Source: Candidatus Poribacteria bacterium (lineage in GTDB: Bacteria > Poribacteria > WGA-4E > PCPOR2b). Taken from it: a DNA stretch of 64,000 nt. Made by a program: the position numbers and the translations under genes. Below, one piece after another: positions 58,666 through 64,000 of this stretch. The notes under the pieces were generated by a model, which saw nothing but the letters and a program-made list of their open reading frames with translations, was not told the DNA's origin and ran no database searches. Every line of letters starts with the position of its first letter. The first letter of the stretch is position 1. The stretch spans positions 1,568,001 to 1,632,000 of the forward strand of contig OZ244042.1 in the NCBI GenBank assembly GCA_965215015.1, read 5' to 3'.

Positions 58666-59754
58666 CTAGCGAATCGCCGCTAACACACGCTTCATCAATT
58701 CATCAGCGTGGTCTGCTTCTATCCACCGCGCCACGACCACCAAATCGTTTTCCGGTTCAATCCAGATCATGTTCCGGCCAGCACCCAGAGCATAGAAATT
58801 ACTCTCCGGCGCGCTTGGGAACAGTTGCCTGCCTGTATTAAGCCACCACATATAACCATACTCCAGTTTAACCGGACACGGTGTGGTCGCTAAATCTATC
58901 CATCGTTCAGAGATTACCTGCCGGTCCCCCCAGTGGCCGCGGCGCAGAAACAGATAACCAAACCGTGCGTGATCTCTAGTACTAATCCATACTCCACCGC
59001 CCCAATGACCCCCACCACTGACCGACTGCATCTTCAGGCCATCAATTGTCAACCACGAATTTCGGTAGCCATACCATCTCCACGTATCGGAAGCACCAAT
59101 AGGGTCCATCACGTTGGTTTTTAGCAGCTGTGGTAACGGCTTACGCCAGATATGCAGCAGAGAGAGTGCCAGCCGGTTGACGCGCACATCATTGTAAGCA
59201 AAGACTCTACCAGGGGCTTGAAGTGGGGTATCAGGCCCCTGTTCTCCCTGATTGTCGGCATAGTGGGGTTTGTCCCAAAGGGTTCCTTCCCACTCGCTCG
59301 TCTGTTGAAGCAAATGGTGCCAAGTGATTTGGGCGTTGTGTGGCGAATCAAATCCACCATCGTTTACATAATCCCGGACAGGTTGATGTACATCTTGAAT
59401 GAGTCCACGGTCTAGTGCTAGCCCTGCCACCGTAGATAGGTAACTCTTACTGACACTGAACGTCATATCGACACGCTGCGTCTCGCCCCACTCGGCAATA
59501 ATGTAGCCGTGCCGCAAGATAAGCCCGTTGGTCGCGGCCCGATCTTTTATCGGTCCGATAACCTCGTTGTGGGATTCCTCCCTTTCGTTTTCGGTGTAGT
59601 GCAATCTCATTTTACGAGACCATGCGGTTTCGTGCGTCTGGGCATAGCGAATCGCCTCGTCGAGGGAGTCAGCGTCAATACCCACCTCTCCTGGCTTTTT
59701 GCGTTCCCAATCTTCACCTTGTTCAGGATAGTATACATCTTGTGTGAACTGCAT
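58666..59754 (-). CDS. Serine hydrolase, beta-lactamase family
   Basis: FSVSKS, HLLQQTS, YND, YGYMWW. Confidence 0.9.
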   Translation of the reverse strand: MQFTQDVYYPEQGEDWERKKPGEVGIDADSLDEAIRYAQTHETAWSRKMRLHYTENEREESHNEVIGPIKDRAATNGLILRHGYIIAEWGETQRVDMTFSVSKSYLSTVAGLALDRGLIQDVHQPVRDYVNDGGFDSPHNAQITWHHLLQQTSEWEGTLWDKPHYADNQGEQGPDTPLQAPGRVFAYNDVRVNRLALSLLHIWRKPLPQLLKTNVMDPIGASDTWRWYGYRNSWLTIDGLKMQSVSGGGHWGGGVWISTRDHARFGYLFLRRGHWGDRQVISERWIDLATTPCPVKLEYGYMWWLNTGRQLFPSAPESNFYALGAGRNMIWIEPENDLVVVARWIEADHADELMKRVLAAIR

Positions 59755-59769
59755 CGTTAAACCTCCAAT

Positions 59770-61959
59770 TCAATCCCTATACTCCACAAGAAGTACCTCG
59801 TGGAGGTTTACCGTCGGCACCACAACCGTCGCAGCGTTTCCTGACGCCTCTATATCTGTCCCTTGTAATGGCAGCCGTGCCGACTTCACTGCAAAGTCAT
59901 TAAAACGAACCTGAATGTTATGGATGGGAGGGACCTCACGGAGCGAGAAAAAAATAGTCGTATCTTCATCGTTCTGTTCGCGATTGGCAATACGCCAAGG
60001 CAGTAATGGAGTAGGGTTGTTGAGCAGATGAATCATTAGTTCATTGGAGCTTCGGTGGGCAGCGGTAACTTCAATAGCCTCCGGCATCTCAAACTCAATC
60101 GGTGGAGGTGTCCGCTTCATCAAGTCCGCGATAAGCCGTTTCAGCGGCGGATACGGGTTGTTCATATATGCGCCACCTACATCACCGCAGATATAAATCG
60201 CCTTGCCCTCCCCGAACCGGTGCATCGTGATAGCGGGTTCGGGCGAATCATAATCCATCCTCGGATCGAAATCTTTCAGTAAGCGTTCTCCTTCCAGACA
60301 ACTGCGCGTACAAAGCACATGGACGGCCGCATCTGGCAGGACGGACACCGCAGATTCCTGAGCATAGAAGCAGATAACATAGCCGAATTTGCGCGACAAC
60401 TCTACATCATGCGGGACATATATGATACTGTGGTCCCTTGTGTCCCCAGGCCCTCGGTACTCCACGCCTAATACGTCGGAGAGGGCAAATTTGCCCCGCT
60501 CACGTCCAAGCTCGTCCAACAGGGAGGTTTCATGGGTAGCGATGAGCGTACCACCTTCATAGACAAATTTTCTGATAGCCTCGCACTGTTCATCGGATAA
60601 GCACGCACTGTTTGAGAGAAAGAGCAAACGATATTGTGACAACGTCTCGCAATTCAGACGCTCGTCCAAAACGAAGTCGAACAGCAAGTGAGATCGATTC
60701 AATATCTCGTAGGCACCGTAAACGTCCTTCTGTCCAATCTCGTGGAAATAGGTTTGTCCCATGTTCTTGGGAAGCTCCGACGGACGAAAGTCCCGGTTCT
60801 GCTGTGAGTAATGGAGGGCGACGTATTTAACTGTATCACCTTTGATGTAATCAACCCGTTTCTTGAATTCACTGAAGACAGATTTGACCGTGTCCTTATG
60901 GAGAATTGTTGGTCCATCGAAAGGATTTCCACACGGTGCACCGCCGTTAGCGATGGCGGCTAGCCCAGCAATAGCAGGCGAAAACATTTCAGGATAGGGG
61001 GCACCCCCAAATCCCTGTAGTGATTGAGTGACGTTTCGGAAAAGACCGAAGGGTGTACCTGTTGACCGAAGCACCTTTGCTGTAAAGCTGGGCTCTCGTA
61101 GAGACCGGAAGGTTTCCACGAAAAAATAGCCACCAACGTCTTCCAAATGAAATAGGTTGAGCGGGTGACCGTCTGTCCAATCGGCGGTGGGGCGAATATA
61201 TGAATTCATGTCGAGAATAACATCCGGATATTTCCCTCTGATCTGCCGGAAGAGATGGTGCATAAAATCCTTCATCTTCTCGTAGCGCCAGTTGACAAAG
61301 TGTCGGAAGTCCAAAGAATGGAAGTCAACCTTCCGGGGGAGTTTCAGACCTGTCTCGTCGCGAAACAGTTTTTCGCAGTATCCACAACAGCAGGAGGGGT
61401 AAAAGGGACGCTCCTCGTGGGACCCGTAGTTGGTGTCATCGAAGTAGAAGCCATCAAGATCAAGATTGTCCAACCACTCAATGAGATATTCCGGCAACCA
61501 GTCCCGGTAGGGCGAGTTAAAACAGAACCAGCCCAGATTCTCGATCTCAGGTCTGCCATTGTCCAGAAACTGCATCAACCACTCCGGATGCAGCGGTTTA
61601 AGCGGCTTGGTGTATATGACAGGGTAGTAACTGAGGATGAGAATACCTCGTTGGTGCGCCAATTCTAAGAATCTTGGCAGACGGTCGTTGTCAACATTGG
61701 CGTGCGGCGGAATCATCTTTGAGCAGAAGCGGGGCGTACCCCTGTTAATTTCCCCATCAACCACCTGCACTTCGATACCCACTTCGTCGATGAAGTCCAC
61801 CCATTCTTCGACGGACAGTCCGACATACGACTCCCCCGGTTGCACACAACTTGGGTAGCATTCTATACGGCACACGCGCTGCTCGTAGGGTTTTTCTGCC
61901 AGCCTTTGGGCGGTAGACCCGACCCGATTCACTTTGGGTTGTTTATCCTCTGTGTTCAA
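59770..61959 (-). CDS. Putative glycoside hydrolase with beta-galactosidase trimerisation domain
   Basis: HPEW, CFNSPY, DGFYFD, CCCGYC, FVYEGGTLIAT. Confidence 0.78.
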   Translation of the reverse strand: MNTEDKQPKVNRVGSTAQRLAEKPYEQRVCRIECYPSCVQPGESYVGLSVEEWVDFIDEVGIEVQVVDGEINRGTPRFCSKMIPPHANVDNDRLPRFLELAHQRGILILSYYPVIYTKPLKPLHPEWLMQFLDNGRPEIENLGWFCFNSPYRDWLPEYLIEWLDNLDLDGFYFDDTNYGSHEERPFYPSCCCGYCEKLFRDETGLKLPRKVDFHSLDFRHFVNWRYEKMKDFMHHLFRQIRGKYPDVILDMNSYIRPTADWTDGHPLNLFHLEDVGGYFFVETFRSLREPSFTAKVLRSTGTPFGLFRNVTQSLQGFGGAPYPEMFSPAIAGLAAIANGGAPCGNPFDGPTILHKDTVKSVFSEFKKRVDYIKGDTVKYVALHYSQQNRDFRPSELPKNMGQTYFHEIGQKDVYGAYEILNRSHLLFDFVLDERLNCETLSQYRLLFLSNSACLSDEQCEAIRKFVYEGGTLIATHETSLLDELGRERGKFALSDVLGVEYRGPGDTRDHSIIYVPHDVELSRKFGYVICFYAQESAVSVLPDAAVHVLCTRSCLEGERLLKDFDPRMDYDSPEPAITMHRFGEGKAIYICGDVGGAYMNNPYPPLKRLIADLMKRTPPPIEFEMPEAIEVTAAHRSSNELMIHLLNNPTPLLPWRIANREQNDEDTTIFFSLREVPPIHNIQVRFNDFAVKSARLPLQGTDIEASGNAATVVVPTVNLHEVLLVEYRD

Positions 61960-62075
61960 GGCATATTCCTCTTAATACTCACCCCAATCTAAGCCTCTCG
62001 CAGCTATGCCTCGACACGGCGCATTTGGCGTAATTTTGGCGAGTATGGCACCGGTATAGAACGCGGGTTGTTGTT

Positions 62076-62489
62076 TTATGCGAGGCTTTTAACCCGGTCA
62101 AACGGAATTACCGCGACCGCCTCAATTTCAATCAGCCACTCAGGGTTAACCAACCGGCTCACTTCAACCAACGTGCTAGCGGGATACGGCGGATCAAAAA
62201 ATTCAGCGCGTACCGCATGGATATCGGCGAGCGTTGATATGTCGGTGACGAAGACTGTGACCTTGGCGATATCCGACATCACCCCTCCAATGCTTGATAG
62301 GACGGTCTGAATGTTTGTCAGGGTCTGCCGGGTCTGGGAACGGATATCACCCACCCCGACTGTGTGTCCGTCCGGGTCCTGGGCAACATGTCCAGAAATA
62401 TGCAGGACTTTGCCCTCCGGCTGCCATGCAGCACTCGAAAAAATCCCAAAGGGCTTGACGACGCCCGGTGCGTTAAATCCATCTGCCAT
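62076..62489 (-). CDS. RidA family protein
   Basis: HISGHV, QTLTNI, KVTVFVTD, PASTLVEV, LIEIEA. Confidence 0.92.
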   Translation of the reverse strand: MADGFNAPGVVKPFGIFSSAAWQPEGKVLHISGHVAQDPDGHTVGVGDIRSQTRQTLTNIQTVLSSIGGVMSDIAKVTVFVTDISTLADIHAVRAEFFDPPYPASTLVEVSRLVNPEWLIEIEAVAVIPFDRVKSLA

Positions 62490-62522
62490 GTCGATGCGTT
62501 CCCTCTAATGACTTGGTTTTGG

Positions 62523-62618
62523 GTGAGGCAATATAGTTGTCAAGTATTATAGGCGTGCAGGCTGCAAAAACGAAGGCAACTCGGTTAAGTGAGGCAATAT
62601 AGTTGTCAAGTATTATAG
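62523..62618. repeat. Perfect 30-bp direct repeat x2, 36 bp apart
   Basis: GTGAGGCAATATAGTTGTCAAGTATTATAG at 62523 and 62589. Confidence 0.9.
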
Positions 62619-63142
62619 CGCGAGCCACTACCTGTTATTCCGGTGCCTGTCTGAATATTGAAGCGTAATGCATAAGCAGTTCATTATGGGCTCATTGGTT
62701 TACCAGCTACATTAATGAACTCTTGAACTCAAGGGATTCATGGGACAGTGGTTACGGCATATGGAGACTACTACTAGCAACTTGAGTTATTATACCAAAT
62801 ACTTTCTTCCTAATCTACTATCTACTCACTGAAAAACAAAAAAACACCTAAATAAAAAAAATAAACTGAAGAATATCGCGGAGTGTGCATTAAAAAATTA
62901 AAACCGTAAAGTATTATAATTTAGATAAAGAATCTCCAAATGCCCGGTAAATCTCCGATATAAATAAAAATAAAGAAATATCCACTCGGAAAGCACGATT
63001 AAAAATTACACATCGCGGTTATTGTCAGAAAACAGGAGAAGAAACTTTGATTTCCGATTTTGAATTGATGGTTACTCAAGCGGATACGCTCTTCATCCAT
63101 GATACCAAAGGACAGCCGAAGCTTATCAGAATCTTCCGCTCT

Positions 63143-63802
63143 AAAACCTCGTCTTTTAAGACGGGGCTACAGATTAGCAAAGGGTATTCAGTCAAACAAC
63201 GGTTGAAATTGTCTGAGGCTAACAACCACAAAATAGGGTATACTTTTCTTCGCTTTTGTGAGAGCATGTCAGCACCAGTCCCCATCGGTGACTTCCACCT
63301 CCGACTGACATAGGATATGAGAATCAGAAATCGAAATCCCATGAAGACCGACAAGTTCAAAATGTATAACCATCACGGCAACCGTAAGTTACACAAGACC
63401 ATAGACGGGCACGCTCACGTATGGAATCACTGCGTTGCCCTTCAGCGTCGATACTATGCGATATACGGTCAATATATCCGCAAATTTAGATTCATCAATT
63501 ACATATCTAAACTCAAGCGAACCCAACGCTTTGCCCATTGGAATACACTCCCAAGTCAAGCGATACAGGACGTGGTATCCCGAATAGACACAGACTACCC
63601 AAAGATGTTTTCTGACCGTGCTGCAGGTAAAAAGTGCGGTCATCCCCGTTTCAAGCCACGCCGTAAATACAAGTCGTTCACATTGCTTCAATCGGGGTGG
63701 AAGATTCTCCCCGGCAATCGCATCAAAATCGTTAAACGCTTCTACCGCTATTTCAAGTCTCGTGAGATACAAGGATTGACAACATTCATGTTTGAAACAT
63801 GA
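63143..63802 (+). mobile_element. tnpB: IS200/IS605 relic: left-end hairpin plus 5' half of tnpB
   Basis: CCTCGTCTT-TT-AAGACGGGG; VWNHC, SQAIQ, PRFK, KSFT; stops before RuvC. Confidence 0.8.
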
Positions 63803-63808
63803 ATGTTG
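63780..63808. promoter_or_regulatory. Perfect 14-bp inverted repeat (operator-like)
   Basis: CAACATTCATGTTT-G-AAACATGAATGTTG. Confidence 0.55.
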
Positions 63809-64000
63809 ACAAATTCCAGTTGAATCTGCGTGACAGGGCAGGGCAGTGTCCAAGCTGCGATACAAGTACTCCTCCACCGGACGGAGGAACTCAAATCAGA
63901 AATAGAAGCTGTGGGGTTCACTCTCGAAGGTCTATTTGGGATTCAGTACCCCGTCGGGCTGCTACAAAATCTTGAAGAACAATGGGATGATCGAAACTGC

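Noticed and set aside
62523-62618. CRISPR array
   Set aside because: Only two repeats, no cas genes, and the spacer contains a genomic repeat end.
63047-63360. Intact tnpA or IS607 resolvase
   Set aside because: No HUH/Y1 or serine-recombinase motif recognisable.
34857-63802. The two tnpB fragments as one split functional gene
   Set aside because: 28 kb apart, opposite strands, RuvC core missing from both.
63870-64000. Methyltransferase-like fragment (HRTEELKSEIEAVGF...)
   Set aside because: No start, cut by the window edge, similarity too weak to call.
1-64000. tRNA or rRNA genes
   Set aside because: None recognised by eye; no scan was run.

Overview
64-kb bacterial window, probably Candidatus Poribacteria (inference from multiple LamG proteins with a shared C-terminal V-[ED]-x3-[KR]-L-x2-TWG-x2-K motif, repeated PhyH dioxygenases and four paralogous ~640-aa DUF6785-like membrane proteins). 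Housekeeping genes: bioF, mtnBDC, def-fmt-PASTA-rpe, yggS-proC-yggT-(ileS-like)-lspA, ubiA-like, pabB, rsmD. Accessory content: a tandem LamG array with a TnpB relic and a pseudogene, a HEPN-MNT pair, two orphan DNA methyltransferases, an Rpn nuclease with a duplicated C-terminal module, IS relics and modular intergenic repeats bounded by inverted repeats. Most notable: (1) the gene at the canonical ileS position is an uninterrupted 804-aa IleRS homologue lacking HIGH, KMSKS and the editing-site motifs but keeping four CxxC pairs, a candidate pseudo-synthetase; (2) a free-standing second copy of the putative intragenic Rpn antitoxin; (3) a mini-island at 11.2-13.3 kb with two genes split at homopolymer tracts; (4) a probable ATT start codon. 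All family assignments are from motif recognition by eye, not database searches.
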